From assembly GCA_964447495.1 (NCBI GenBank), contig CAYUTF010000011.1:1-60119 (forward strand): a stretch of 60,119 nt of DNA, given 5' to 3'. The notes beneath the pieces were generated by a model, which was not told the DNA's origin, ran no database searches, and worked only from the letters and a program-made list of their open reading frames with translations. Positions 37,434-49,000 of the stretch are shown here, one piece after another. The stretch comes from an uncultured archaeon (GTDB lineage: Archaea; Asgardarchaeota; Lokiarchaeia; Sigyniarchaeales; SOKP01). Position numbers and translations under genes: made by a program. Every line of letters starts with the position of its first letter. Positions within the stretch are counted from its first letter, which is position 1.

Positions 37434-37620
37434 AAAGTTGTATATATTAAATCATCTTTGAATTTAAAATTAATTGATGTGGGATTAAAAACCCTCTAAA
37501 GGTAGATATCACTTAGCATTTTTACGACGTAAAATAACAATTTTATAATTTAAAATAGCAATTTATTTCAAACTTAATATCATTTAAATTTTTAATAATA
37601 AAATATGGAGTGAATTAAGA

Positions 37621-38145
37621 TTGGAAGGAAAAACTGTAAAAGATTCAAAAGTAGAGCTTGCCCAGATTATGTATCCCGAACATGCAAATCCTGCGGGAAA
37701 TGTTCATGGAGGGCATATTCTTAAATTAATAGATCAAGCCGGAGCGATTGTTGCTGCTCGTCATACACATAAAAATGTTGTGACTGCAAGTGTTGATTCA
37801 ATGTCTTTTATATCTCCAGCATATATAGGAAATTTAATATTCGCAAAAGCATCATTAAATTACGTTGGTAGAACATCTATGGAAGTGGGAGTCAGAGTTG
37901 AAGCAGAATGCTTAAAAACTGGCAGACATACACATATTGCCTCTGCATATTTAACTTTTGTGGCTTTAGATGAAGATGACAATCCAATTCCAATTCCTCA
38001 CCTTTTAACTGAAACTGATGAAGAAAAAAGACGCTTTGAACAAGCAAAAAAAAGGAGAGAAATTAGAATGACAAAAAGAAGAGGCCAGAAGCAAGAACCT
38101 TGTATAGTACGACCAGAGAAGTTAGCAGAAACTAATAACAATTAA
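37621..38145 (+). CDS. Acyl-CoA thioesterase (hotdog fold, YciA-like)
   Basis: PEHANPAGNVHGG, VVTASVD, GRTSMEVGV and TFVALD motifs. Confidence 0.92.
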   Translation: MEGKTVKDSKVELAQIMYPEHANPAGNVHGGHILKLIDQAGAIVAARHTHKNVVTASVDSMSFISPAYIGNLIFAKASLNYVGRTSMEVGVRVEAECLKTGRHTHIASAYLTFVALDEDDNPIPIPHLLTETDEEKRRFEQAKKRREIRMTKRRGQKQEPCIVRPEKLAETNNN

Positions 38146-38278
38146 AGAAATATATGTTTTCTTCATACATTTCTATTATTTTTTATGAAAATTAATTCCA
38201 TACACTCAAATGTTAATATACTAAAAATTCATCGACAAAGGAAATTAAAAAATATAAAATAAATTTCTTAATTATAAG

Positions 38279-40006
38279 CTATAAAACACCAGCATCTTTA
38301 AGAATTTGTTTATGGTCAAATGCTAAATCCATAGTTTTAACCTTTTCAATTGGAATAGCCTCTGCAACCTTTGCATCATCTCCTCCTGCTAATAAAGAGA
38401 GATCCTTGACTAGCCTGCATTTAAATACAGTAGACACAATCCTTCCTCTAGGATCTCGTCCTTTTTGATCATATGTCCCTATTTTTCTTACTATTTCCAC
38501 AGCTAGGTTTGTTTCTTCTCGCACTTCTCTTATAACTGCTTGTTCAGGATCTTCATTATATTTAATGAATCCACCAGGTAGCGCATATTTACCTTTATAG
38601 GGGTGATATTTCCTTTTGATTAATATCACATTTCGGTTATTATCTTCTATAACTGCATCTACAGTATATCCTTTCTCTTCTACTTTTGCTTTAAATCTAT
38701 GTAACATAAAATATGTTAATGTACCAATAAACATTAATCCAATAATTGTCGTTGCTGCTAAATAAGATATAATGAAAAATGGAGTTTCTCCTGTCTTTGT
38801 ACTTAAAATTAAAACATCGAAAAAGTCCTTTACAATTCCAGCACTTAATATTATATTTACTAGATATAATATTCTTGTTGTAACTTTTTGATTCTTTTCA
38901 TTTCTTTGAAGATAAAATTCTTGCATAGAATCATATAATATCTTGAATTTTTCGTTTACTCTCTCTATAATTGTTTCAATACGATATAATTTTATAAGAT
39001 GGGTTAAAACTCGTGTATAATGATAACGAGGATTCCAATCTAATTCACTATAAATAAGGCTCATCTTTGTTTGAATCATTCCTCTTAAAAATCTTAGATT
39101 TTTAGTTTTCTCCTCGATCTTTTCTAAGCTCATAAACACATCAGAATATCGTTTCATGAATAAAACGTCAAGAGAGTTATTAATTGACATTAAAGCGAAA
39201 AGAACCGCTCTCATTTTAGGAGTAGGGTCTAAAATGTGTTCCATTATATATGGAAATTCCGCTTCAAAATTCCTTTCCGCCATATATATAAAACCTGAAT
39301 TTCTTTTAATATAATGTAACTCGCTTAAACGATTAGATAAATTGTCTTTCACTCTTTTTTGAAATAGATCTTCTGTATAATCACCCCACTGACCCGCATA
39401 TATCTGTGTCCAATATCCAAGAATATTTTTATATCTTTCTATATTTTTTTCATCCCATTGAACTGTCATTGGCAATGTCTTCTTTGATACTACAAATACA
39501 TAAATAGGACTCTCTGTATCAAGAAGAATAAACTGATTCTCTGTTCTCTTACTAAAACTTTTGAGAATATTATCTTTTACGATAAATGGAATTTGTTGAA
39601 TTAAATCTGGTGTTATTTTCTCTTTTTTGTATGGATCGTTTTTAAAATATTCAACCTCTAACTTAAAATATCCTAATGTATTGAAAATCAAATCGCGATA
39701 GTCTTCAGTATAGGGATTGTTTTCATCTATATAAGGAAAATTTTGAAAAAATGGTTCCCAATCACATTCTATTGTGATAGATTTTGCCATTTCCATTAAA
39801 ATGGTTTTTTTTTCATCAGCATAGGGATATTTTTCTAAAAATTCATATGCCTTACTCAGATCAGTCTCATTTAAATTCTTCAATTTGTTTAATAACAATG
39901 CTTCTATCTCTTCTGCTTTAGTTTCTCCTATAAATTCATTAGTATTAATGAAAGCACTTATGTACCAGTACTCTTTTTCATAAATAAAGCGTAAATCTTC
40001 TCCCAT
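38279..40006 (-). CDS. CorA-like helical/2-TM protein fused to a C-terminal Nudix hydrolase
   Basis: Nudix box GGFIKYNEDPEQAVIREVREETNL, RDPRG and LAFDH (ADP-ribose pyrophosphatase-like); preceded by a long helix and two TM segments. Confidence 0.75.
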   Translation of the reverse strand: MGEDLRFIYEKEYWYISAFINTNEFIGETKAEEIEALLLNKLKNLNETDLSKAYEFLEKYPYADEKKTILMEMAKSITIECDWEPFFQNFPYIDENNPYTEDYRDLIFNTLGYFKLEVEYFKNDPYKKEKITPDLIQQIPFIVKDNILKSFSKRTENQFILLDTESPIYVFVVSKKTLPMTVQWDEKNIERYKNILGYWTQIYAGQWGDYTEDLFQKRVKDNLSNRLSELHYIKRNSGFIYMAERNFEAEFPYIMEHILDPTPKMRAVLFALMSINNSLDVLFMKRYSDVFMSLEKIEEKTKNLRFLRGMIQTKMSLIYSELDWNPRYHYTRVLTHLIKLYRIETIIERVNEKFKILYDSMQEFYLQRNEKNQKVTTRILYLVNIILSAGIVKDFFDVLILSTKTGETPFFIISYLAATTIIGLMFIGTLTYFMLHRFKAKVEEKGYTVDAVIEDNNRNVILIKRKYHPYKGKYALPGGFIKYNEDPEQAVIREVREETNLAVEIVRKIGTYDQKGRDPRGRIVSTVFKCRLVKDLSLLAGGDDAKVAEAIPIEKVKTMDLAFDHKQILKDAGVL

Positions 40007-40195
40007 ATTTATTCGCCTTCAATTTACTTTTATAAGATAATTGATTAAGTTATTATTATATTGTTATTCTATTTATTACTTTTTATATTTATACAATATT
40101 GTGATATAAGTTAGGGGGTTATGAATCTTCTCGAAACCTAAATAGAAACAATTGCTTTGTCAAAAATCCGTTTAAAATAGAAAAGAAATTAAAAA

Positions 40196-40348
40196 TTACT
40201 CATATTTTTCTTTCCATTTTTTTAATTTTTGTTCAGGATTATCCTTTATTAAGCATTTTCGATGGATTTGATCTTGCATTTCCAATTGTTTTTCTAATAG
40301 ATCATCTAAATCATCGTCTTCGCTATTTTTATCTTTTTTTTTATTAAT
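40196..40348 (-). CDS. Small hypothetical protein (50 aa, probable ATT start; absent from the ORF track)
   Basis: AGGTGA RBS overlapping the upstream gene end, then ATT-NKKKDKNSEDDDLDDLLEKQLEMQDQIHRKCLIKDNPEQKLKKWKEKYE-stop. Confidence 0.5.
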   Translation of the reverse strand: MNKKKDKNSEDDDLDDLLEKQLEMQDQIHRKCLIKDNPEQKLKKWKEKYE

Positions 40349-40360
40349 AGCTAATCACCT

Positions 40361-41500
40361 TTAAAAATTACTTTCAAGAGCATCAAGTAAATAATCTGTT
40401 ATATATTTGATTTCTTTATCTGATTGTGTTTTGAAATTTACATACCTAAACTGAAAGACACATAATGGGCAAGAGGATATAATCTCTTTCGTAGGTGAAC
40501 TCTTGAATATCTTAGAGCCACATTTAATAGATATGCTACTATCTACTCCTCTTATCCCTGAACCAGAACCACAACAAGGGGCTATTTTCTCATCATTTTC
40601 TAGGGTATTCACTTTTATACATGCTTTTTCTAATAATAATCGTGGTTCTTCATAGATATCAATTTGGTGCAATTTCCTTCCAACTCTACAAGGATCATGA
40701 TAAGTAGTTTCAACACCCATTTTTTTAAAATTTAGTTTTCCTTCTCTTTCCAAGTCTGCAATCACTTGGACAATATGTTTTACTTTAATATCCCAATCCT
40801 TTATATATTTAGGATAAACATTCTGAAAAGCATATACACATCCACCACATGTTGCGATAATTTTCTTAATACCTTTTTTTTTAAAAAAATTATAATTTTC
40901 TTGGAATAAATCTTTAGCCTTTTGGAGATCTCCTGCGGAATAGATATATTCTCCACAACAAGGCTCATTTTCAATAATTTTAAATTTATAATTAACCCTT
41001 TTTAGTAGCTTATAAGATGCACTTGCGCTTTCTTTGACTCTAAATGATGACATGCATCCTAAAAATAAGAGTGTATCCGATTCAGCTTCTTCAAATATTT
41101 CTTTAGACTTATATTCTTCGGGTAGCCAATCTAATCTCTCTTCAGGATTTCCATTTACACTGTTATCTTTTTCAATTATGCCTGCGATTATTTTTTTATG
41201 AATCTCTAAAGGTGCTTGTTTTTGTTCGACTAACTTAATTTTAGAGGAATGAATGATCTCGGATATGGGTATATCTGATTCACAATATAGATCACATATT
41301 CCACATAAAGTACATGTATAGAGCCCTACACGCTCCTCATCAGTAATTCTATCTCCAGAAAATACTTTTTCAGCAATTTGCAATCTTCCCTCAGGAGATT
41401 TTAAAAAGTCTTGTGTAACTTCATAAGTATCACAATATCCTAAACAAGTCTTACAATCGATGCATGAGTGGATATATTCAAGGATTTGAGTCTCCTTCAT
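40361..41500 (-). CDS. HdrD/GlpC-like Fe-S oxidoreductase (CCG domains)
   Basis: CIDCKTC, CTLCGIC, FLGC, EPCCG, TCGGC, YHDPC, CCGSG and SSCPLC motifs. Confidence 0.88.
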   Translation of the reverse strand: MKETQILEYIHSCIDCKTCLGYCDTYEVTQDFLKSPEGRLQIAEKVFSGDRITDEERVGLYTCTLCGICDLYCESDIPISEIIHSSKIKLVEQKQAPLEIHKKIIAGIIEKDNSVNGNPEERLDWLPEEYKSKEIFEEAESDTLLFLGCMSSFRVKESASASYKLLKRVNYKFKIIENEPCCGEYIYSAGDLQKAKDLFQENYNFFKKKGIKKIIATCGGCVYAFQNVYPKYIKDWDIKVKHIVQVIADLEREGKLNFKKMGVETTYHDPCRVGRKLHQIDIYEEPRLLLEKACIKVNTLENDEKIAPCCGSGSGIRGVDSSISIKCGSKIFKSSPTKEIISSCPLCVFQFRYVNFKTQSDKEIKYITDYLLDALESNF

Positions 41501-42267
41501 ACAATATCATTAATTGAAATATTGTATAATTTATCAATACTACTGTATCCTATAATATCATCTCTTAAAAAGATTTGAAAACTTAATTTTAAATCTTTGT
41601 ATGGTTTAAGAAGCTCAAGAAGAACTCCATGTTCTGGTTTTAGAAAGATATCTCTATATTTTTTTCCTACTCCTTCAGAGAATTGATACTGTTGCAGTAC
41701 AAAATTCCCTCGAAACTTATTTTTCTTAAGAAATGATATAATTTTTTCAATATCCGATGGTTTCATGAGGTTTTCTACATAGGTTGTCCTTATTTCAAAA
41801 TCGATGTGTGTTTGTTCATTAAGGATATTGAAAGTTTTAATGATTAGCTCCGGATTTACATCTTGATTACAAATTTGTCTATATCGTTTTTTATTTAACG
41901 GACTTTTTATATCCAAAGCAATTCTATCCACATATCCAATTAAATCCTTGATTATTTGAGGATTAGTCCCATTTGTATCAATACTCACATACTTCCCTAA
42001 TTTTTTAATTTCTTTGCATATGCCGATAAGATCTTTTTGGAGTGTTGGCTCGCCCCCAGTAATACTGATACCATTTACCAGCACATTGCTCTTAACCAAA
42101 CTTATGATTTGACCTATTTCCATATGCTTACCAACGGACTCATGATGTAGATATTTGTTATGGCAAAATTCGCATTTTAAATTGCACCCTACTGTTAAAA
42201 TAACCATCGAAGGTAAATTTGGTATATCCTTCGTAGAAATATCTACAATACCACCAACTTGCATCAA
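41497..42267 (-). CDS. Radical SAM glycyl-radical activating enzyme (NrdG-like)
   Basis: GCNLKCEFCHN, ITGGEPTLQ, DTNG, ALDIK, EIRTT and LQQY motifs. Confidence 0.85.
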   Translation of the reverse strand: MMQVGGIVDISTKDIPNLPSMVILTVGCNLKCEFCHNKYLHHESVGKHMEIGQIISLVKSNVLVNGISITGGEPTLQKDLIGICKEIKKLGKYVSIDTNGTNPQIIKDLIGYVDRIALDIKSPLNKKRYRQICNQDVNPELIIKTFNILNEQTHIDFEIRTTYVENLMKPSDIEKIISFLKKNKFRGNFVLQQYQFSEGVGKKYRDIFLKPEHGVLLELLKPYKDLKLSFQIFLRDDIIGYSSIDKLYNISINDIV

Positions 42268-42416
42268 TTATTAACTAGATACATTATTAAATAGTTTTTT
42301 GAGTTGAATTGAGGATTAAAATATGGTATAACATAATAGGAAAAAAATAGAACTACACTATTATAACAATAAAATTAATAAAAATAAGGGAGGAATAAAT
42401 AAACTTAATAAATTAG

Positions 42417-42638
42417 TTATTCAAATGTCAATAAGGAATTAACCTTCGAATGGCTTACAAAATCTTCTATAATCCTTTCTTTAATTTCACATAAATCTTT
42501 TGATTTTACACAATTCCACTCATAATCCGTCCTATCATCATTATATATGATTCCACAATGAATGTGATGATACGAGCCATATGAATATTCTTTACCACAT
42601 TTTGAACATATAGGCATACTTTTTTCACTAATCACCAT
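42417..42638 (-). CDS. Small putative zinc-binding protein
   Basis: CSKCG...HHIHCG pattern in a 73-aa ORF occupying an otherwise empty region. Confidence 0.4.
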   Translation of the reverse strand: MVISEKSMPICSKCGKEYSYGSYHHIHCGIIYNDDRTDYEWNCVKSKDLCEIKERIIEDFVSHSKVNSLLTFE

Positions 42639-43014
42639 TTTGTTTAATTTGCATTTTTTTATTTGTTAATATTAATATCGCATTCTTACTTTTAAACCTT
42701 CCCATTATTTTCCCAAAACCTAATAAAATATATACTTAAACTGTGAATCGCCAAAAAGTGAAATCTTGAAAACTGCTTTGAACATTATTCAGAAAAAGTA
42801 GTGTTCCAAGTAAAATTGTATAGTTTTTTTTGATCGAATAATTGAATTTATGAAAAGACTTCAAAAAAATATAGAAAATCTGGTATTCTTTAATAAAAAA
42901 CCCATAAATTTAAAAGAATTTCAAATAAATCATTAGAACTTGATTAATTTTTACTTCAAGATTAAAATTAGAATATAAATTGAAAAATCTTCACAAAAAG
43001 CAAATAATATTTAT

Positions 43015-43734
43015 CTAGACCAGTGTCTTTTGAATACCTTTTACTAAACTTTCTATGAATTTTTGAGTAAAATCTTTTTCCATTCTTATGAATCTAGCCA
43101 CTTCAATTTGAATAGCATTTACTTTTGGCACATTATAAAACTGGTGGGTGATATAACCTCCAGAATAAGCAATATTGAAATCTGACAATGCTAATCCATC
43201 ATCTAAAGTAAAGTTTTTTGCTAATTCGTTATAAAGCTGAGAACACCCCCAGTATTTATCACAATTCTCAACTTGCGGATTTTGAAGAATACTGAGTGTT
43301 TTGCCAAAGATATTACCAAAAATAATATCAGGATACTCCTCATACGGTTTCGTAAAGCCATGGAAATCGATAATTAAGGCTTTGTTAAATTTTTCTACGC
43401 ATTCTTGACTGAAATTAATCAATTGATCATGAAAAAGGCGATGTATGTTTTTGGCTTCGGTCGATGATTTATCAAATGCTAAAATCGATCGTGGTGGGCG
43501 ATTTAAATCAACTTTTGACCTGTGAATTTTATTTAAAATATAATATAAGTGAATATTCTCCTGCTGCAAATTATAAAGTATTTGCTTTGCGATAAAGTAT
43601 GTATTCCTGTCAGGATTTTGGGCACCCTGTGTTTTAGTAAGAATCTTTTTCGGCTTTTTATATCCCCCATGAGGGCAAGATAAGATAATAGGGACAGTTC
43701 CCTTGCCAATTTCAAAATATTTGCGTAATTGCAT
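43015..43734 (-). CDS. N-formylglutamate amidohydrolase family protein
   Basis: LSCPHGG, HRSKVDLNR, IDFHG, YSGGYIT and AIQIEV motifs. Confidence 0.85.
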   Translation of the reverse strand: MQLRKYFEIGKGTVPIILSCPHGGYKKPKKILTKTQGAQNPDRNTYFIAKQILYNLQQENIHLYYILNKIHRSKVDLNRPPRSILAFDKSSTEAKNIHRLFHDQLINFSQECVEKFNKALIIDFHGFTKPYEEYPDIIFGNIFGKTLSILQNPQVENCDKYWGCSQLYNELAKNFTLDDGLALSDFNIAYSGGYITHQFYNVPKVNAIQIEVARFIRMEKDFTQKFIESLVKGIQKTLV

Positions 43735-43997
43735 TCAATAATAAAAATTAATATCAAATTAAAAATTTTGACCAGAGCTATTGAAATAGTTGTGAGTCAT
43801 AAAAAATATACACTTTGTAGAAAAAATTGAAAAATTATTTTAATTGATAGTGAAGAAGTGCGATCCAATGTATATGATTATATAAATTCGATATGCAGTT
43901 AATAAAAATTTTCATAACCTTTTTTAATTTTAAATATTTTTCCTAATTACAAATTAGTAAAATTTTAAATTACTATTTTTAACAAGGTACGGGATAT

Positions 43998-44285
43998 ATG
44001 GCAATTGAAGAACTAATAAGTTTTTTAAAAAAGAAAGGATTTAGGGATACTCTTGAAGTACTATCACAATTTAAGAACTACAAGACGGATAAGCACACCT
44101 TTTACAATGAGTTGAATAAGTTTAGTTACTATAACTCCTTTTTCCGGGTAAAAGATGACTTGATTAAGAGAGGGTTAATTGAGATTGAGCTCAATAACAA
44201 AAAGAAATACGTTAAACTCACAGATAAAGGTTTAGACGTGTATAATCGACTAATTGAAATCAACAAACTGATAAACGTTAAGTAG
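43998..44285 (+). CDS. Small winged-helix DNA-binding protein
   Basis: L.KRGLIEI......YVKLTDKG winged-helix ending, 95 aa. Confidence 0.7.
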   Translation: MAIEELISFLKKKGFRDTLEVLSQFKNYKTDKHTFYNELNKFSYYNSFFRVKDDLIKRGLIEIELNNKKKYVKLTDKGLDVYNRLIEINKLINVK

Positions 44286-44372
44286 AGTAGTTATTTATTG
44301 TATGTTTTATACTTTTATTTTCTTAATTTTTATTCTAATCTTCTCTATTCTATTTGAAAGCACGAGCGAATC

Positions 44373-45005
44373 ATGATATTTAAACGATTGATTGTAGGAC
44401 CATTAGGGACAAACTGCTATCTTTTTGGATCAGAAAAAACCTATGAAACAGTGATTATCGATCCAGGAGGAAATACTGAAAGTATCATCAAAAATCTTAA
44501 AGAATTAAGTGCAAATCCCATTGCTGTTTTACTGACACATGGTCATTTTGATCATACTCTAAAGGTGAAAAAATTACTAAAGCATTTCCAAATTCCTTTA
44601 ATGTACAATATTAAAGAATATCAATCAAAAATTTATACTGAGATAGAAGCTAATCAGTGGTTAAAAGAAGGAGATAAAATAGGAATAGGTGAGTTAAGCC
44701 TTAATATACTTGAGACTCCCGGTCATTCGCCAGGCTCTCTGTGTTTTTACTCTAACGATATCAAACTATTTAATGACCAAAAAATCGATGGGATTCTCTT
44801 TTCAGGCGATTTAATATTTAAAGGAAGTATCGGAAGATCTGATATTGGAGGGGGTGACCAAAATCAACTCTTTAACAGTATTAGAGAAAAGATTATGTAT
44901 AATAAAGAATTGACAGATAATTATCTTATCTTTCCAGGACATATGGGAGCTACGTCAATTGCCGAGGAAAGGAAAATAAATATGTTTCGAAAGTATTTTT
45001 TGTGA
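44373..45005 (+). CDS. MBL-fold metallo-hydrolase (glyoxalase II-like)
   Basis: THGHFDH, TPGHSPGS, FSGD and PGH motifs. Confidence 0.9.
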   Translation: MIFKRLIVGPLGTNCYLFGSEKTYETVIIDPGGNTESIIKNLKELSANPIAVLLTHGHFDHTLKVKKLLKHFQIPLMYNIKEYQSKIYTEIEANQWLKEGDKIGIGELSLNILETPGHSPGSLCFYSNDIKLFNDQKIDGILFSGDLIFKGSIGRSDIGGGDQNQLFNSIREKIMYNKELTDNYLIFPGHMGATSIAEERKINMFRKYFL

Positions 45006-45135
45006 TTCTTTTCCATCGTTTTATAATATATATTATTAAATTAAGATGATAATTTTTTAAATACAAAATATATTATATTTATAATATTAAAATTTAGTAT
45101 TTTTTATAATTGGACTAAATGGTGAATAATTAAAG

Positions 45136-45420
45136 TTGATTGATGTTAATGAAGTAAAGGCGATAATTCGGCGTTTTGAAGAGAAAGAAGGGGTGAGGGG
45201 AGTAATAATATGTGATTCTACGGGGCTTCCGATTAAATCTAATCTCCCCACTGAACAAACAGAAGAAGTGAGTGCTTATATTACAGCGTTAATTGGAAAA
45301 TCTCAACAATGTGTTAAAGCTCTTCAAGAAGGAGCACTTAAATTCATAAGGTTAGAAACTGCAAAGGGAGAAGTAATGATAGCTCTTGAAGAGAGCTTAA
45401 TTCTGATAATTTTAAAATAA
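45136..45420 (+). CDS. Roadblock/LC7 domain protein
   Basis: GVRGVIICDSTGLPIKS and LKFIRLET.KGEVMIA, similar to dynein light chain roadblock. Confidence 0.85.
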   Translation: MIDVNEVKAIIRRFEEKEGVRGVIICDSTGLPIKSNLPTEQTEEVSAYITALIGKSQQCVKALQEGALKFIRLETAKGEVMIALEESLILIILK

Positions 45421-45578
45421 GTAAAGGCTGTTTTATTTTTTCCAACTTCCTTTTTATATATTTGATAAATTTAAATTTCTTTAAATTATATATATATTAA
45501 GAATAATTCTTGATATATCAAATATCACTTTTTCAAAATTAAAATCTATAAATAATTAGGTAAAAGGATGGTATTACA

Positions 45579-45929
45579 ATGGATAAGAAAGAACTTGAAA
45601 AAAAACTGGCAGAATTAATGGATATCGTACCTGAATGTGAAGGTTTAATTGCTGCTGATATGAATGGAAAAGTAATAATCGGTCAAACTCTAACTGATAT
45701 GAATCATAGTGCAATCGCTAAGGCATGTTCAACTATAGTAAGGGACTCAAATAATTTAGGAAAAGATATTGGAAAAGGAAATTTAAAAACTACAACAATA
45801 GAATTAGAAAATGGATTTGCTGTTTTAGTAGGTTCAGATCAGACCGTTTTAATAGCTCTTGCGGGTCTTGATGGAAAAGCTTCTTTAAGTCTTCTTAAAC
45901 GTAATTTAATGTCAATATCAAACTCATAA
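45579..45929 (+). CDS. Roadblock/LC7 (MglB-like) domain protein
   Basis: VPECEGLIAADMNG...G.GNL..TTIELENG..VL...LSLL pattern. Confidence 0.8.
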   Translation: MDKKELEKKLAELMDIVPECEGLIAADMNGKVIIGQTLTDMNHSAIAKACSTIVRDSNNLGKDIGKGNLKTTTIELENGFAVLVGSDQTVLIALAGLDGKASLSLLKRNLMSISNS

Positions 45930-46083
45930 TTTTATTTCCTCTTTTTTAAAGAGCTTTAATCAACATAGCACTACTTTTCAGTTGAATTGCAAAGAATATT
46001 TGATTACTTGAATATAAAAACTTAATAAAGAAAAAAAGAATTATATTTATACTTTAATTAAAAAAAAGTGATAATTTTAGTAT

Positions 46084-49000
46084 TTATTTGTCATCCTTTA
46101 ATCCTTCTTCTTCCAATAATGAGTCTAAATCCGTTGGTTTTTCTTTTTGCTTTTCTGGTTCTTCCTTACTTTTCTTACGATGCTTTTTTTTCACTTTATC
46201 ATCCTTTATCGCCGTAACAGGCTCTTCCTTTCTGGATTCAGGTATTTCTTTTAATTCACTAACTTTTACATATCGACCTCTCCTTTCTTTCTTTCGAGTA
46301 GGTTCTTCAATAGGAGTTTCAATTTTTCTAATTAATCTTCTTACCGCAAGAAAAATAACTGCCCATATCAAAAGGATAGAACCAATAATTATTATAGTGA
46401 AAAACGCATTTAAGTAATCTGCTAGTGGAATATCATATACTAAGAATGTTTTAGAATTCTGAATAGATATATTTTCTTTCGTTATAATATTTAAAGCTTC
46501 AACAAATATAGTCAAATTAAATTTGCTGAGTGAAAGAACACTTATTTCTAAAAGTATTTCTGTGGTTTCACCTGGTTTAAATTGATTGAGTTTTAAATAA
46601 TCAATTTGCACAATTAAAGCATCAAGATGGGGCTCCAAATTTAAAGTAATATTTGCACTAGTTATTCTTAGTTCTGAATTTCCAGTATTGCTAAGTAAGA
46701 CTTTAATTGTGGTTTTTTGATTTTTAAATATTTGAAGGGCATTTTGTTGAAGGGAAATAGTAAGATCATTGAATGCTCGATATAAATTTATAGTAACGTT
46801 TTGAGAATTACGCAATATAAGGGGATCTCCATTCCAAATTAGTCTAAATATTAGTTGATCTTCGTCATTTAAGTCTAAGCTGTCAATTATAAAACTTGTA
46901 TAAGCATTTAAATCTGATATTTGGGATGAAAGATTGACCCATACATGATTATCATAATATTGACATGTCACATTTTCCCCAATAATAATCGCTCCAAACT
47001 CAGTTGTCAATCGAGAAGTAATATTTAATATCTCACCACGAATAGGATTTGAAGGATCAATGGTTATATTTGAAAATTTACTATTTAGTTTTAATCCAAA
47101 AGAATAAATGAATTGTTCATAACTACTAACAAGGTTCCTATCATACACATTTACGATGAATGTTGTTAGTTCGGGTAAATAATTACACTCGTATCTTTCA
47201 AAGGGTTTAACAATAGTTTCACCCGTTTTTTCAATATTATATTTCAAAGAAATTATATAACCCTCAAAATCATTTTGCGTATCATTAATAAGTAATGCAT
47301 ACTCAGGACTATCATAAATACCAATGTTATGAAGTTTTCCAGAATGTTGAACATAAATAGTTACTTTAGTTTTAGCACCACCCTTTCTAACGGGGCTGTT
47401 ATAACCATACCATTCATCATTAGATTGTAAAGTTGGGATTGTTAAATCTACGGAGAAATCCTGGATATCTCTGCCCAACGAATCACCTTTGACTTTTAAT
47501 GTTTGAATATCAGAAATCTCTTGATCTATTATCATTTTTTCATTAGCTAATGCAACTAATTGCACTTTTACTTGTACCTTAACATCACTAAACTCAAAAT
47601 TATTTTGGAGTTGTAATCGGATATTAATATCTTCATCAGGATTCAATATGGTTTCATTTTGAAGAAAATTGTTCAATTGAATTGGTACTTTAATTCCATT
47701 AATTTCATATATATATTCAATTCCGATATTTGAGTGATTCACGGGATAAAAATTAGGGTTATATTGAGCCCCAGTAACATTTACACTTCCAATTAAAATT
47801 GAATAATTTTCATATACTTTTTCAACAGTTCCTGCTAGAATATTTTCATTTTCAATTGGATCATAGAAAAATGAAGTTAAATCCAAATCATAATCATCAA
47901 TATAGAGTTTAAGAGCTTTAGACCCAATTGCAGAACCATTATTCCAGAAATATCCTAAATAATAATTTCCTAAAACTGAAATAGTATTATCCACTGAAAA
48001 TATAGTATCGTTGTTGAAATCATAAAAGAAAATAGAATCTAATCTCACTCCCTTAGTGTTATTATCTAATTCTGCTCCAGGAACAGGGATTCCTGTTTCA
48101 GGATAAAATAACTTGACATTGGCATCTCCTGTATTTGGAACATAGTTATTCGGACCATTAACACCGAGACCTACAGAAATATTGTCACCATACATAAAAC
48201 CATTTGTTTCCCAAAGTGCTTCAACTCCATTATAATTATAATGAATATAACTTTTTGTTTGCCTTAAAAAGTTCCAACTTGTAAGCTGTAGAGAATAAGA
48301 TCCATTAATGTTTTTGATTACATTTTCAGATAAAACAAATTTATTAAAAGAGGTATTATCTTCTAATTTTAATTCTCCTCCCGTTTCATTAACCGCTAAT
48401 CCAAAAATTTCATTATAATTTGGATTAGTCAAATTATGGGCAACATAATAATTGGGATATATGAACCATGCTTCATGGAAATTCCAATTATTGAAATTAG
48501 GATCACTTAAGGTTAAAGTATAATTTAATTGCCATTCAGGATTACTAGTATATGTTGTGTTATAATAACTAGATGCGTTTTCCATCCAATAAGCAGTTGC
48601 AGTATAAGTGACATTAAATTTAAATCCACCAATTTTGCTATTATTCCAAGATAAATCGACTATAAAATTATTTAGTACATTATCGACGATGGGTGTCGTA
48701 AAATTATAGTTCCATTTACCAATTCCCCAAGTAAAATATGAACTTACATTGTAAGGGTACGTTTTGATTTGTAAATCTTGAATAGGAAGGTCTTGAATAC
48801 GGAGGGTATCTTCTTCATCATAAGGATTTGTAAAATCAGAGGGCATGTAACCACGAGTTACACTAATTTTAAAAAGACCGGCATCAAGTGGTTCTGTAGT
48901 ATAACCGTATGGTACAGACAATTTTGCTAGGTTCCATTTTGAACCATTATCAGATGTTGTAAGCAGTTGATGATCAATTCTTTCATCTGGATCCCCAAAA

